64,000 bases of DNA from Candidatus Aminicenantales bacterium (GTDB lineage: Bacteria > Acidobacteriota > Aminicenantia > Aminicenantales > Saccharicenantaceae): assembly GCA_049512315.1 (NCBI GenBank), contig JBEKXF010000005.1, positions 1 to 64,000 on the forward strand, in the 5' to 3' direction. Position 1 is the first letter of the stretch; each line of letters opens with the position of its first letter. The notes beneath the pieces are model-generated. The model did not search any database. It was not told the origin of the DNA and was given only the letters and a program-made list of their open reading frames with translations. Shown here in pieces: positions 9,890 through 20,375 of the stretch. A program made the translations under genes and the position numbers.

Positions 9890-12800
9890 TTGCCTTCCTT
9901 CCCCGGGCGGCCCGACTCCGACCCGGCGGGCCGGCGCTTCGCTGCCCGTGTCACATGCTGGGACAGGCGGTCAAAGCCGAGGTAGATCACCGGGGTCGTG
10001 TAAAGGGTCAGCATCTGGCTGAAGATCAGGCCGCCGACGATGGCGATGCCGAGGGGACGGCGAAGCTCCGACCCGATCCCGGAACCCACGGCCAGGGGAA
10101 CCCCGGCGAGGAGTGCCGCCATGGTCGTCATCAGGATCGGCCGGAACCGCAGCAGGGCGGCCTGGTGGATGGCCTCGCCCGCGGGCTTGTGCTCGTTGCG
10201 CTGGGCGTCGAGGGCGAAGTCGATCATCATGATCGCGTTCTTCTCGACGATGCCGATGAGCAGGATGATCCCGATGAGGGCGATGACGGAGAAATCCTTG
10301 CCGAAGATCATCAGGGAGAGCAGCGCTCCGATGCCCGCCGAGGGCAGAGTGGAGAGGATCGTCACCGGATGGATGTAGCTCTCGTAGAGCACGCCGAGGA
10401 GGATATAGACGGTGATGATGGCGGCGAGCAGGAGGAACGGCGTGTTCGCCAGGGAGGCCCGGAAGGCCTGAGCTGTGCCCTGGAAGCTCCTCTGGATGCT
10501 CGCCGGGAGGCCGACCTCCTGGGCGGTCTGGCCGACCGCCCGGACGGCCGCCCCCAGCGAGGCGTTGGGGGCGAGGTTGAAGGAGATGGTGACGGCCGGG
10601 AACTGTCCCTGGTGGTTCACGGCCAGCGGGACGTTGGACACCTCGATGTCGGTGAAGGAGCTCAGCGGCACGGACCCTCCGCCGCCGGACCTCAACCGGA
10701 CGTGCTCGACGTCCTCCGGCTGCGTCTGGAAGTCCGGCTGGGTCTCGAGGACGACGCGGTACTGATTGAGCTCCGTGAACATCGTGGAGACCTGCCGCTG
10801 GCCGAAGGAATCGTAGAGGGCGTCGTCGAGCATCTGGGGGGTGATGCCGAGCCGGGAGGCGGTCGTGCGGTCGAGCGTCAAACGGGCTTCGAGACCTTCG
10901 GTCTGCTGGTCGCTGGCGACGTCTCGGAGTTCCGGGCGCGTCCGCAGCAGGGCCACGAAGCGGGGCGCCCACAAGGCGAGTTCCCGGGGGTCGGGGTCCT
11001 CGAGGCTGTACTGGTACTGCGTCCGGCTGACGCGATCCTCCACGGTCAGTTCCTGGATCGGCTGCATGAAGAGGGTGATGCCCGCGAGCTGGGCCAGGCG
11101 CGGCTGCAGGCGGCGAATGATCTCGCTCGAGCTCGCCTTGCGCTTTTCAAGAGGCACGAGATTGATCTGGATGCGCCCGCTGTTGACCGTCGTATTAATG
11201 CCGTCGATGCCGATGAACGAGGAGAGGCTCTCCACGGCGGGGTCCTTGAGGATCTCCCGAGCCAGCGCCTGCTGCCGCTCGGCCATGGCCACGAAGGAGA
11301 CCGTCTGCGGCGCCTCGGAGATGCCCAGGATGACACCTGTATCCTGCACGGGGAAGAACCCTTTGGGGATCACGAAATAAAGTACGATGGTCAGCACGAG
11401 CGTCCCCACCGCCACGACGAGCGTCTCCCTGCGGTGGCGGAGGACCCACGCCAGCGTCCGGTCGTAGAACCTGATCACGCTGTCAAAGGCCCGCTGCGAC
11501 GTCAGATAGAAGCGGCTCCGCTCCGATTCCGGCTTGAGGCGCAGGAGCTTGCTGCACATCATCGGCGTCAGGGTCAGGGAAACGGCCGCGGAGATGAGGA
11601 TCGTCACCGACAGGGTAACGGCGAATTCTCGGAAGAGCCGGCCGACGACGTCCCCCATGAAGAGGAGGGGGATGAGGACGGCGATCAGCGAGACCGTCAA
11701 GGCCATGATCGTGAAGCCGACCTGCTCGGAGCCCTGGAGGGCGGCCTTGAGGGGCGGGACGCCCTCCTCGATGTAGCGCGAGATGTTCTCGATCATGACA
11801 ATGGCATCGTCGACGACGAACCCGGTGGCGATCGTCAGGGCCATCAGGGTCAGGTTGTTCAGGCTGAAGCCAAAGAGATAGATGACCCCGAACGTGCCGA
11901 CGAGCGAGAGCGGTACGGCGACGCTCGGGATGACCGTGCCGGCGGCCGTGCGTAGGAAAAGGAAGATGACCATGACGACGAGCGCGATCGTCAGCATGAG
12001 CGTGAACTCGACATCCCGAACCGAGGCCCGGATCGTCGTCGTGCGGTCCGTCAGGACCGAGACCTTCACCGACGAGGGCAGCGAGGCCCGGAGCTGCGGC
12101 AGCAACCGTTTGACGCGGTCGGCGACGGAGATGATATTGGCCCCTGGCTGGCGCTGGACGTTGACGATGACCGCAGGCTTCTCGTTCGCCCAGGCGGCCT
12201 GCTTCATGTTCTCGGCGGCGTCGACGACCCTGGCGATGTCCGACAGGCGGACCTGCGCGCCGTTGCGGTAGGCGATGACCAGCGGGCGGTAGTCCGCGCT
12301 CGTGAGGATCTGGTCGTTCGCCCAGATCGAATAGGCCTGCTGGCGGCCGTCGAACGAGCCCTTGGCCTGGTTGACATTGGCCTGGACGATGGCGGTCCGG
12401 ATATCCTCCATGGTGAGCCCGAGCGACGAGAGGGCGATGGGATTGACCTGGACGCGGACGGCCGGCTTCTGGCCGCCGCTGATGCTGACCAGGCCGACGC
12501 CGGGCAGCTGCGAGATCTTCTGGGCGAATCGCGTGTCGGCGTAATCCTCGACCTTGGAGAGTGGGATCGTGTCCGACGTTAGCGCCAAGGTCAGGATCGG
12601 CGCGTCGGCAGGGTTGATCTTGCTGTAGATCGGCGGGTTCGGCAGGTCGCGCGGCAGGTACGTCCCCGCGGCGTTGATCGAGGCCTGAACCTCCTGCTCC
12701 GCGACGTCGATATTCAGTTCGAGGACGAACTGGAGGGTGATGAGAGAGCTGCCGGAGGAGCTCGTCGACATCATCTGGTTCAGGCCCGGCATCTGCCCGA

Positions 12801-13011
12801 ACTGGCGCTCGAGCGGCGCCGTCACGGCCGACGCCATGACGTCGGGGCTCGCGCCCGGGTAGAAGGTCACGACCTGGATCGTGGGATAGTCCACCTGGGG
12901 CAGGGCCGAAACCGGTAGTTGCCGAAACCCGATCGCGCCGGCGATCAGCAGCCCCACCATGAGGAGGGATGTCGCGATCGGCCGCCTGATGAAGGGCCGG
13001 GAAGGGTTCAT
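9886..13011 (-). CDS. mdtB: Multidrug efflux RND permease MdtB
   Basis: [40 protein letters not shown] (MdtB-type), [10 protein letters not shown]. Confidence 0.92.
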   Translation of the reverse strand: MNPSRPFIRRPIATSLLMVGLLIAGAIGFRQLPVSALPQVDYPTIQVVTFYPGASPDVMASAVTAPLERQFGQMPGLNQMMSTSSSGSSLITLQFVLELNIDVAEQEVQASINAAGTYLPRDLPNPPIYSKINPADAPILTLALTSDTIPLSKVEDYADTRFAQKISQLPGVGLVSISGGQKPAVRVQVNPIALSSLGLTMEDIRTAIVQANVNQAKGSFDGRQQAYSIWANDQILTSADYRPLVIAYRNGAQVRLSDIARVVDAAENMKQAAWANEKPAVIVNVQRQPGANIISVADRVKRLLPQLRASLPSSVKVSVLTDRTTTIRASVRDVEFTLMLTIALVVMVIFLFLRTAAGTVIPSVAVPLSLVGTFGVIYLFGFSLNNLTLMALTIATGFVVDDAIVMIENISRYIEEGVPPLKAALQGSEQVGFTIMALTVSLIAVLIPLLFMGDVVGRLFREFAVTLSVTILISAAVSLTLTPMMCSKLLRLKPESERSRFYLTSQRAFDSVIRFYDRTLAWVLRHRRETLVVAVGTLVLTIVLYFVIPKGFFPVQDTGVILGISEAPQTVSFVAMAERQQALAREILKDPAVESLSSFIGIDGINTTVNSGRIQINLVPLEKRKASSSEIIRRLQPRLAQLAGITLFMQPIQELTVEDRVSRTQYQYSLEDPDPRELALWAPRFVALLRTRPELRDVASDQQTEGLEARLTLDRTTASRLGITPQMLDDALYDSFGQRQVSTMFTELNQYRVVLETQPDFQTQPEDVEHVRLRSGGGGSVPLSSFTDIEVSNVPLAVNHQGQFPAVTISFNLAPNASLGAAVRAVGQTAQEVGLPASIQRSFQGTAQAFRASLANTPFLLLAAIITVYILLGVLYESYIHPVTILSTLPSAGIGALLSLMIFGKDFSVIALIGIILLIGIVEKNAIMMIDFALDAQRNEHKPAGEAIHQAALLRFRPILMTTMAALLAGVPLAVGSGIGSELRRPLGIAIVGGLIFSQMLTLYTTPVIYLGFDRLSQHVTRAAKRRPAGSESGRPGKEGK

Positions 13012-14261
13012 GAAGAGCGTTTCCTGGGTGCGACGCCGCTATTGGCGCCGGCCATCGCGACCCGGGTCCCCGCCTGGAGCTTGTCGACGCCGTCGATGAC
13101 GACCGTTTCCCCGGCCGAGAGCCCCTGCCGAATCACGGTGTTGTCACCCTGCGTGAGCTGCACGTCGACGTTTCGGATCTCGACGCTTTGGTCCGGTTTG
13201 ACGACAAAGACGTAGGTGGACTGGGGGCTGCGCTGGAGCGCGGCGGTCGGCACGATAACCACGCCGCGCAGAGTGTCGACGAGGAGGTTGGCGTTGATCA
13301 GCTGGTTCGGATAGAGCGCATAATTCTCATTGGGGAAGAGGGCCTTGATCCGGATCGTATTGGTGCTCTGATCGACCTGGTTATCGACCGCCAGCACGGA
13401 GCCGGTGGCCAGTTTGTGGCTGAGGTCCTGGTCCCAGGCCTCGACGGCGAGCTTGTTGCCGGTCCGGAGCTGCTGCAGGATCTGCGGCAGATAGCGGGCG
13501 GCGATGGTGAAGACGGCGGTGATGGGCTGCTGCTGGGTGATCACCACGAGCCCGCCCGTACCGCCAGCGTAGACGATATTCCCGGGATCAACCAGCCTGA
13601 GACCGACATTGCCCGAGATGGGCGCCGTGATGCGGCAATATGTGAGGTTGAGATTGGCACTGTCGACCTGGGCCTGGTCACTCTTCAGGGCCGCCTCGTA
13701 CTGGTTGACCACGGCCGCCTGGGTGTCGAGTTGCTGACGGGGGATGGAGTCGTCCTTGATCAAAGCTTCGTAGCGCTTCAGGTCGACCCTGGCATTGGCC
13801 AGAGCCGCCTGGTCCTTGGCCATCTCTCCCTCTGCCTGATGAAGCTGGACTTCGAAGGGACGCGGGTCGATCATCGCCAACAGGTCTCCCTCCCGGACCA
13901 ATTGCCCCTCACGGTAGGCCACGTTGATGAGCTGGCCGTCCACCCGGGTGCGGACCGTGACCGTCTTGAGGGGCATCACCGTGCCGAGGCCCTCCCGGTA
14001 GACACCGAGGTCCGCGACCTTGGCGACGGCCCCGGTCACCGGGACCGCCCGCGCCGCCGCCTCACGGCCGGCCCCGCGGTTCTGGGAGGACTGGGCAGAC
14101 AGCGATCGCTTCCACAGGAACGATCCCGCGAGAACGACCACGGCCAAACCCAGGACCCACGGCCACCGGGGGCGTCTGACCGCTCGTGGTTCGGCTTCGT
14201 GGACGTCCATCGGACCATCCGACGGACGGCCGCCTGGGGAGTTCTTTATTTGAGGGTTCAT
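13008..14261 (-). CDS. mdtA: RND periplasmic adaptor MdtA
   Basis: [39 protein letters not shown]. Confidence 0.9.
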   Translation of the reverse strand: MNPQIKNSPGGRPSDGPMDVHEAEPRAVRRPRWPWVLGLAVVVLAGSFLWKRSLSAQSSQNRGAGREAAARAVPVTGAVAKVADLGVYREGLGTVMPLKTVTVRTRVDGQLINVAYREGQLVREGDLLAMIDPRPFEVQLHQAEGEMAKDQAALANARVDLKRYEALIKDDSIPRQQLDTQAAVVNQYEAALKSDQAQVDSANLNLTYCRITAPISGNVGLRLVDPGNIVYAGGTGGLVVITQQQPITAVFTIAARYLPQILQQLRTGNKLAVEAWDQDLSHKLATGSVLAVDNQVDQSTNTIRIKALFPNENYALYPNQLINANLLVDTLRGVVIVPTAALQRSPQSTYVFVVKPDQSVEIRNVDVQLTQGDNTVIRQGLSAGETVVIDGVDKLQAGTRVAMAGANSGVAPRKRSS

Positions 14262-14377
14262 TGATCGTGCCTCCGAGCGATTCTCAGGGATGTCCTGGGG
14301 GGTCTCAGTTACCTGTGCTAATCTTATCGTCCATCCGACTTGTTACGATGCAATTCGACCTTGACAGCAAAGAATTT

Positions 14378-14406
14378 ATGATAATCCTCTGTCCGCGTTC
14401 TGTCAA
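14378..14406 (-). promoter_or_regulatory. Sigma70 promoter for the mdtABC-OMF operon
   Basis: Minus strand TTGACA-N17-TATCAT; an opposing TTGACAG at 14361 forms an inverted pair with the -35. Confidence 0.65.
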
Positions 14407-14449
14407 GAATGCCGATTGACTCACAGAAAATGTCTGGGAATTCTCTCCG

Positions 14450-15292
14450 CTATTTCGCAGGCTTGACGGCTTTAACGCTCAGGCTGAGGACCGACGAGAC
14501 GTGCTCCATCAGTTTTTCCTGAGGGAGGTTCAGTTTCTTGATGATCTCGGGCGCCAGCGAATCTTCGAGCACGAGCTCGGCCGGGAAGGCTTTCTCGCTC
14601 ACGACTTCTATGCTCTTGAACCCGGCTTTTCTGATCGCATCGAGGTAATCCTCCCTGACCAGGGCGCCAGCGATGCAGGCGACATAGACCTCGACGGATT
14701 CGCGGATTGCGCGGGGAAGGGGCTTCTTCAAGGCCAGGTCGGAGACCATCATCCGGCCGCCGGGCCTGAGGACCCGGAAGGCCTCCCGGAAGACGCGCGC
14801 CTTGTCCGTCGACAGGTTGATGACGCAGTTGGAAATAATGACGTCGGCCGAGCCGTCGGCCAGCGGGAGGTTTTCGATCTCGCCCAGGCGGAACTCGACG
14901 TTCCCGTAGCCGTTTTTCCGGGCGTTTTCCCGGGCCCGGTCGATCATCTCCGGCGTCATGTCGACGCCGATGACCCGGCCGGCCTGGCCGACCTTTCCGG
15001 CGGCGAGGAAGCAGTCGAGCCCGGCCCCGGAGCCGAGGTCGAGGACGGTCTCGCCCTTGTTGAGGCCGGCCAGCGCCGCCGGATTCCCGCAGCCCAAGCC
15101 GAGGTTGGCGTCCTCGGGGACGCTCTTCAGCTCCTCGGGAGAGTACCCGACCATCCGGCTTGTTTTCTCTTCGCCCAAGCCCGGTTGCCTGCAGCCGCAC
15201 GGGGACGGAGCGCAGCAGGACGCCTCCGGCTTGGCCGCCCGGGCGTACCGTTCCCGGACCTGCTTCTTGATCTCGTCGTCTTTCCTGGCCAT
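14450..15292 (-). CDS. arsM: Arsenite S-adenosylmethionine methyltransferase
   Basis: N-terminal SCC, LGLGCGNP, VLDLGSGAGLD, GVDMTPEM, SNCVINLS, VACIAGA: all ArsM cysteines present. Confidence 0.93.
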   Translation of the reverse strand: MARKDDEIKKQVRERYARAAKPEASCCAPSPCGCRQPGLGEEKTSRMVGYSPEELKSVPEDANLGLGCGNPAALAGLNKGETVLDLGSGAGLDCFLAAGKVGQAGRVIGVDMTPEMIDRARENARKNGYGNVEFRLGEIENLPLADGSADVIISNCVINLSTDKARVFREAFRVLRPGGRMMVSDLALKKPLPRAIRESVEVYVACIAGALVREDYLDAIRKAGFKSIEVVSEKAFPAELVLEDSLAPEIIKKLNLPQEKLMEHVSSVLSLSVKAVKPAK

Positions 15293-15304
15293 GTCATATC
15301 TCCT

Positions 15305-15559
15305 TCAGGAAATGATGTCCTTCATCAGGGGCCCGAGCCGGCTCTTCACCATCCCCGTAAGCTCTTCGGCCTTGACCAGGGACATGCAGCAGACGCGCCC
15401 GCCCTTCCTCCACAGGATGAGGGCCAGCTTGTCACCGGCCCGGATGCCGGCGGCCTCACGGACCTCCTTGGGGAGGACCATCTGGCCTCTCTCGTCGACG
15501 CTGATGAGGGCTTCCACCCGGCAGCAGCTGTCCGGGTCGTTTTTCGGTTTGTGCATCAT
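15305..15559 (-). CDS. AbrB/MazE/SpoVT-type DNA-binding protein with two Cys-Cys pairs (HgcAB-associated HgcC-like)
   Basis: SCCRVEALISVDERGQMVLPKEVREAAGIRAGDKL..GRVCCMSL; VDERGQ.VLPK..R is the AbrB swapped-hairpin motif. GGAG SD precedes the ATG at 15559. Confidence 0.8.
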   Translation of the reverse strand: MMHKPKNDPDSCCRVEALISVDERGQMVLPKEVREAAGIRAGDKLALILWRKGGRVCCMSLVKAEELTGMVKSRLGPLMKDIIS

Positions 15560-15594
15560 GGACTTTCTCCATTTATTCTTTATAATCTGATTTA

Positions 15595-15628
15595 TCTGAA
15601 TATTACTCTTATTCAGAATCGGTGTCAA
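15595..15628 (-). promoter_or_regulatory. Promoter and palindromic operator of the abrB-like/arsM operon
   Basis: Minus strand TTGACA-N17-TAATAT; a perfect inverted repeat TCTGAATA-N7-TATTCAGA (15595-15617) overlaps the -10. Confidence 0.7.
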
Positions 15629-15771
15629 GCCCTTTTTCCGGGGGCCGCGGCCCGGGCGGCCTCCGGTGCCGGCAGTCCCGGCCCGCCCCTTCCGGTCCCG
15701 TCCCGTGTCCCTTGTCCTCACGGCTCCGGATGTGCTATGATGGCCGCGGAAAAAATCAAGAAGGAGGGCCA

Positions 15772-15975
15772 TTGGTAAAGAGCAACAGAGCCTACAAGAG
15801 TTCAAAGAGGAGCCGGGAGCTGGCGCGCCAGAAGAAGCAAGAGGAAAAAAGATTGAGGCGCCTGGCCAGGCACTTGAATCCGTCGGCCGACGACGCGGTG
15901 CCGGTGGAGGGGCAGGAGCAGGAGCCAGAGGCGGGCGCGGAAACGCCCGAAAAAGAGACTCCGGAGACCGATTAG
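15772..15975 (+). CDS. Small hypothetical protein (basic N-terminal helix, acidic tail)
   Basis: AAGGAGG SD then TTG start; KRSRELARQKKQEEKRLRR followed by a Glu/Pro-rich tail. Confidence 0.6.
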   Translation: MVKSNRAYKSSKRSRELARQKKQEEKRLRRLARHLNPSADDAVPVEGQEQEPEAGAETPEKETPETD

Positions 15976-16059
15976 GCCCTTCATCCGGACCGACGATTCG
16001 CGATATCAGATCATCCCCCATTCCATCCGTCCTTATCCTGATCTTGCCCCTGTCTGGTG

Positions 16060-16107
16060 CTTAAGTCCCCGTTTTGAGGGTCGAAAACGCGGACTTAGGC
16101 CCTAAAA
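16060..16107. repeat. Palindromic intergenic element
   Basis: CTTAAGTCCCCGTTTT-N8-AAAACGCGGACTTAGG (14/16 complementary); similar to 171-218. Confidence 0.6.
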
Positions 16108-16173
16108 ATGCCCTGTATTTTCCCCTATCTTAATTTATTTCAATAGGTTACTGTGGTCCGACCCCAACCGACC

Positions 16174-16237
16174 TTGACAAAATATTCCTATGCGTATATG
16201 CTTAATCAATAATTAATTAATTTGTACGCGTAGGTAT
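16174..16237 (+). promoter_or_regulatory. Promoter and inverted repeat upstream of the MerR gene
   Basis: TTGACA-N17-TATGCT; CCTATGCGTA (16187-16196) and TACGCGTAGG (16225-16234) are 9/10 inverted. Confidence 0.6.
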
Positions 16238-16240
16238 ACA

Positions 16241-16972
16241 ATGAATCAGGATATCTTCACGGCCGAGGACCTGGCCCGGAGGACGGGTGTCGGCGAAGAC
16301 TGCATCGCCGAGTGGGTCAAGGCCAAGCTCCTGCGGCCGGCCGGATATGCCGACGACCGGACGCCCCTCTTCCCGGCCAGCATTCTCGACCGCGTCGCCC
16401 ACGTCCGGAAGCTGGCCGAGCTCGGCTACGGGACCGAAGAAATCCAGAAGATCATCAGGAAGGTCGGCCTCCCCCAGGACGGCGGCGGCCGGAAGACGGT
16501 CCATGAGAAGGACCGCTTCCTCACGGTCGGGAACCTCGCCGAACAATCCGGCGTGAGCCCGCGGACGATCAAGCACTGGGAGGACAAGGGCATCATCGAA
16601 CCCGACATGAGGACCGAGGGCGGGTTCCGCCTCTACTCGGGAGTCTATGTTTTCATCTGCCAGCTCATCCGCGACCTTCAGCTTTTCGGCTATACCCTGG
16701 AAGAGGTCAAGGTCGTCTCGGACGACTTCCGCTCCCTCATGGCCATCCAGGACGACCCCGGTGCATTTCCGCGGGCCGAGGTGGACGCCCGGCTCGAGGT
16801 CCTGCTCAAGGCGATCCGGGCGCTCTTCGACAGGATGGCCCTGCTCGAGGAGGGCATCGAGCGTTGGGAGGACATCCTCAAGAAAAAGAAAAAGGACATT
16901 CGCGCCCTCCAGGAGAAGAACCGGAAGCGGGAGAAAGCGGCCAAGGCCGCCAAGGGGAGCGGCGATGCCTAG
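16241..16972 (+). CDS. MerR-family regulator with two tandem MerR HTH domains
   Basis: HTH1 FTAEDLARRTGV..IAEWVKAKLLRP; HTH2 LTVGNLAEQSGVSPRTIKHWEDKGII.P.RTEGGFRLY; C-terminal coiled coil. Confidence 0.85.
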   Translation: MNQDIFTAEDLARRTGVGEDCIAEWVKAKLLRPAGYADDRTPLFPASILDRVAHVRKLAELGYGTEEIQKIIRKVGLPQDGGGRKTVHEKDRFLTVGNLAEQSGVSPRTIKHWEDKGIIEPDMRTEGGFRLYSGVYVFICQLIRDLQLFGYTLEEVKVVSDDFRSLMAIQDDPGAFPRAEVDARLEVLLKAIRALFDRMALLEEGIERWEDILKKKKKDIRALQEKNRKREKAAKAAKGSGDA

Positions 16973-18401
16973 GATCGTCTTCATCGAGCCCCAGGCGCCG
17001 AACCTTCACATCTTTTCCCAGTTCCCCCTGCCCCGTTTGGGGACCCTCATCCTGGGGACGATGATGAAACAGCGCGGCTGGGAGGTCGAGGTCTTCGTCG
17101 AGGACCTCCGGCGGGTCGATTACGACCTGGTCGCCGCGTCCGACCTCCTCGGGATCTCGACCATCACCTCGACCGCGCCCCGGGCTTACGCCATCGCCGA
17201 CAGGGTCCGGGCCATGGGCGTCCCCGTCCTCATGGGCGGGCCGCACGTCACCTACCTGGCCGAGGAGGCCCTGGAGCACGCCGACTTCGTCATCCGCGGC
17301 GAGGGCGAATCCGCCATGACGGCCTTCATCGACGCCTGGGAGCGCGACAAGGACTTCTCGGCCGTCCCCAACCTCTCCTTGAAGGTGGACGGCCGCGTCG
17401 TTCATCACCCGATGTTGCCGTTGGAGAAAAACCTGGACGCGCTCCCCTTGACGGACTTCTCGCTCCTCAAGGCCGACCCCGGGCGCCATAAATTCACCCC
17501 GCCGATCCCCGTCCAGACGTCGCGCGGCTGCCCCTTCGACTGTTCGTTCTGTTCCGTGACCGGCATGTTCGGGAAAAAGTACAGATTCCGCTCGACCGAG
17601 AACATCATCAAGGAACTCCGCCGCTACGACCGCCGCGGCGGCACCGTATTCTTCTACGACGACAACTTCACGGCCAACCGGGACCGGGCCAAGGAGCTCC
17701 TCCAGGCCATGATCCGCGAGCGTTTCAAGTTCCAATGGACGACCCAGGTCCGAGCCGATGTCGCCCGGGACCTCGAGCTCGTCCGGCTGATGAAGAAGGC
17801 CGGCTGCCACACGCTCTATATCGGCTTCGAATCGGTCAACCCCGAGAGCCTCGACGCCATGAAGAAAAAACAGACCGTGGCCGACCTCGTCCAGGCCGCC
17901 CGGGTCCTGCGCCGCAACCGGATCCACATCCACGGCATGTTCGTCCTGGGCTTCGACCAGGACGACTGGAAGTCCGTCAAGAAGACCGTTCGGTTCGCCA
18001 AGAAGGCCCGGCTGTCCACGAGCCAGTTCCTCATCCTGACCCCCCTGCCCGGCTCGGAGTTCTACAACCGGATGAAGGCCGAGGGCCGGCTCCGCTTCCG
18101 CGACTGGGCCCTCTACGACGCCCACCACGCCGTTTTCCAGCCCGCCCGCTTCACCCTCCCGGACCTCCAGAAGGCCCAGATCTTCTGCCACAGAAAATTC
18201 TATTCCTTGAAGCAGATGGCCCGGAAGCTCCTCGCCGGGGAATGGCTCAGCCTGGGCGTTGCCCACTATGCCCGCCGCCTTAACCGGATGTGGAAGCGGC
18301 GCAACAGGACCTTTCTCCGCGTCGTGGAGCTGCTCAGGCCCCGCCCGGGCGGGGCCAAGATCTCGGTCGACTACCGGGAGAATATCCGCCTCGAAAAGTG
18401 A
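16965..18401 (+). CDS. B12-binding-domain radical SAM protein
   Basis: PRLG, MGGPHVT, VIRGEGE, TSRGCPFDCSFC (CxxxCxxC), FFYDDNF, IGFES, TPLPGS. ATG overlaps the MerR stop. Confidence 0.9.
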   Translation: MPRIVFIEPQAPNLHIFSQFPLPRLGTLILGTMMKQRGWEVEVFVEDLRRVDYDLVAASDLLGISTITSTAPRAYAIADRVRAMGVPVLMGGPHVTYLAEEALEHADFVIRGEGESAMTAFIDAWERDKDFSAVPNLSLKVDGRVVHHPMLPLEKNLDALPLTDFSLLKADPGRHKFTPPIPVQTSRGCPFDCSFCSVTGMFGKKYRFRSTENIIKELRRYDRRGGTVFFYDDNFTANRDRAKELLQAMIRERFKFQWTTQVRADVARDLELVRLMKKAGCHTLYIGFESVNPESLDAMKKKQTVADLVQAARVLRRNRIHIHGMFVLGFDQDDWKSVKKTVRFAKKARLSTSQFLILTPLPGSEFYNRMKAEGRLRFRDWALYDAHHAVFQPARFTLPDLQKAQIFCHRKFYSLKQMARKLLAGEWLSLGVAHYARRLNRMWKRRNRTFLRVVELLRPRPGGAKISVDYRENIRLEK

Positions 18402-18488
18402 GAGGCGGGGCGGGACCCGGAAAATACCCTTTGAATTTCAGCCCTGGATGTAGTTAAGTAGTGCTCTTTCGTTCCTAAGGAGACAGAC

Positions 18489-19511
18489 ATGAAGAAAGCC
18501 CTCGTTCTCTTGATCGCCGCGGCGCTCACGGCCGCCGGCTGCTCGACCAGGAAGGAGGCCCCGATGAAATTGGCCGCTGGAACGCCCGCCTACCAGCTGG
18601 CCAAGGACCTCACGGCGATCCTGCCGGCCCTCGACCCCGAGAAAAACCTGGTCGTGGTCACGTCCAGGAAGTTCGATGTCACGGCCGGGGAGGCCCTCCA
18701 GATGTTCCTCGAGTCCATGGGCAGCCAGGCCCAGGGGCTCAAGAGCCTCGACGCCCAGCGGATGAAGGCCGTCATCGAGCGGGCCGCGGTTCAGATCGGG
18801 GAGCGCAAGCTCCTGCTCGAAGCGGCGACCGAGGCCAAGAAGTCCGTGACCCCCGCGGAGATCAAAAAAGCTCTCGAAGCCCAGTACGCCCGGGCCGGCA
18901 GCGAAGCCCAGTTCACGGAGATGCTCAAGACGAACGGCGTCAGCCTCGACTACGTCAAGAAAAGCATCACGGACGACCTGACGATCGGGAAGTACCTGGA
19001 TGCTGCCATGGCGGACAGCGTCAAGGTGCCCGAGGCCGAGATCCAGAAGGCCTACGCCGAGGACAAGACCGCTACCGTCCGCCACATCCTCCTCCTGACC
19101 CAGGGAAAGAGCGCCGCCGAGAAGGCGGAGATCCGGAAGAAGATGGAGGACATTCTGGCCCGGGCGAAAAAGGGCGAGGACTTCGCCGCCCTGGCCAAGC
19201 AGTACTCGGAGGACCCCGGGTCCAAGGACAACGGGGGGCTGTACGAGGACTTCGGCCGCGGCAAGATGGTCAAGCCGTTCGAGGACGCCGCTTTCTCGGT
19301 CGCAGTCGGCCAGGTCAGCGGCATCGTCGAGACGACCTACGGCTACCACATTCTCAAGATCGAGAACCGGAAGAAAGAGACCCAGCCGCTTGACCAGGTC
19401 AAGGCCCAGATCGAGGCCCAGCTCAAGCAGCAGAAGCAGAACACGGCTTTCGACGGCCTCCTGACCAAGCTCAAGGCCAAAGCCGGCTTCCAGGTCGTCG
19501 GCATCAAATAG
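18489..19511 (+). CDS. PrsA/SurA-like parvulin peptidyl-prolyl isomerase lipoprotein
   Basis: Lipobox TAAGC; VRHIL, FAALAKQYSEDPGS..GG, MVKPFEDAAF, VETTYGYHI. Confidence 0.9.
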   Translation: MKKALVLLIAAALTAAGCSTRKEAPMKLAAGTPAYQLAKDLTAILPALDPEKNLVVVTSRKFDVTAGEALQMFLESMGSQAQGLKSLDAQRMKAVIERAAVQIGERKLLLEAATEAKKSVTPAEIKKALEAQYARAGSEAQFTEMLKTNGVSLDYVKKSITDDLTIGKYLDAAMADSVKVPEAEIQKAYAEDKTATVRHILLLTQGKSAAEKAEIRKKMEDILARAKKGEDFAALAKQYSEDPGSKDNGGLYEDFGRGKMVKPFEDAAFSVAVGQVSGIVETTYGYHILKIENRKKETQPLDQVKAQIEAQLKQQKQNTAFDGLLTKLKAKAGFQVVGIK

Positions 19512-20352
19512 AATAGATCCGGCGGGCGTTCCCGCCCAGGATCAGGGCCTTTTCCTCGTCCGAAATGTCCAACCGGTGAACCCGGGTGATGGCCGCCGCC
19601 AAGTTGTTTTTGCCGTAGGGTGTATCCGACCCCAAAAGAAGCCGCCCCGCGCCGAAGATCCCGAGGGCTCTCTCGACCAGGCCCAGAGGCAACAGGTTGG
19701 GGGGAGACGTATCGAAGTAAACATTCCGGAGAACGTCCCCGCCGTCCGCCGGAGCGAAAGCCCCGAGCCCCATCACGTGGGCGATGACGAAGATCGTCCC
19801 CGGATGAGCGACGATGAGCTTCAGGAGGTCGATGGCGTCCCGCCTCGAAAAAAGGTGGACGAAGACCGGGATCTTCGTCGCCGCGGCGAACCGGGCCAGA
19901 TCGTGCATGCCCTTGGAATCGGCCTTGGACCGCTGGAAACACTGGTGGACCTTGAGGGCCTTGAACTTCCATTCGGCGCGGTGCGCTTCGAGCCAGCCCG
20001 TCAGTCCCGGGTTCGCCGGGTCCACCCAGCAGGCCTGGACGATCCGTCCGGGATGCCGACGGGCGAGCGCGGCCACGTAGGCGTTGTTGACCTCGAAGTC
20101 GAATCGCCGCCTGACGTAGCCGGACGTCAGACGGAGAAGCCTGTTTCCAACCATCCCCAGGCCTCGCTTCCTGATGATCCTGGCCAGGTCGGGCACCGGC
20201 CATTTTTTCGGCTCGTTGAGGGGCCCGGGACACAGGACGACCTGGTCCACCCCGAGCCCGTCCATGATCCGGACGATGTCCTCCCCCCTATAGAACTCGC
20301 CTGCGGAATGGGCGTGCCCATCGACGATGAGAGGATGTTCGTGTGCCGGCAT
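19504..20352 (-). CDS. Amidohydrolase_2 family protein
   Basis: DGHAH, LKVH, VFVH, IAH, YFDTS, GSDTPY, ILGGNA. Confidence 0.85.
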   Translation of the reverse strand: MPAHEHPLIVDGHAHSAGEFYRGEDIVRIMDGLGVDQVVLCPGPLNEPKKWPVPDLARIIRKRGLGMVGNRLLRLTSGYVRRRFDFEVNNAYVAALARRHPGRIVQACWVDPANPGLTGWLEAHRAEWKFKALKVHQCFQRSKADSKGMHDLARFAAATKIPVFVHLFSRRDAIDLLKLIVAHPGTIFVIAHVMGLGAFAPADGGDVLRNVYFDTSPPNLLPLGLVERALGIFGAGRLLLGSDTPYGKNNLAAAITRVHRLDISDEEKALILGGNARRIYSI

Positions 20353-20375
20353 CTCGCTCGCGGAGCCCGATTCTC

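Noticed and set aside
15305..15559. Mercury methylation (hgcAB) locus
   Set aside because: No HgcA cap-helix motif N(V/I)WCA and no HgcB ferredoxin in the window.
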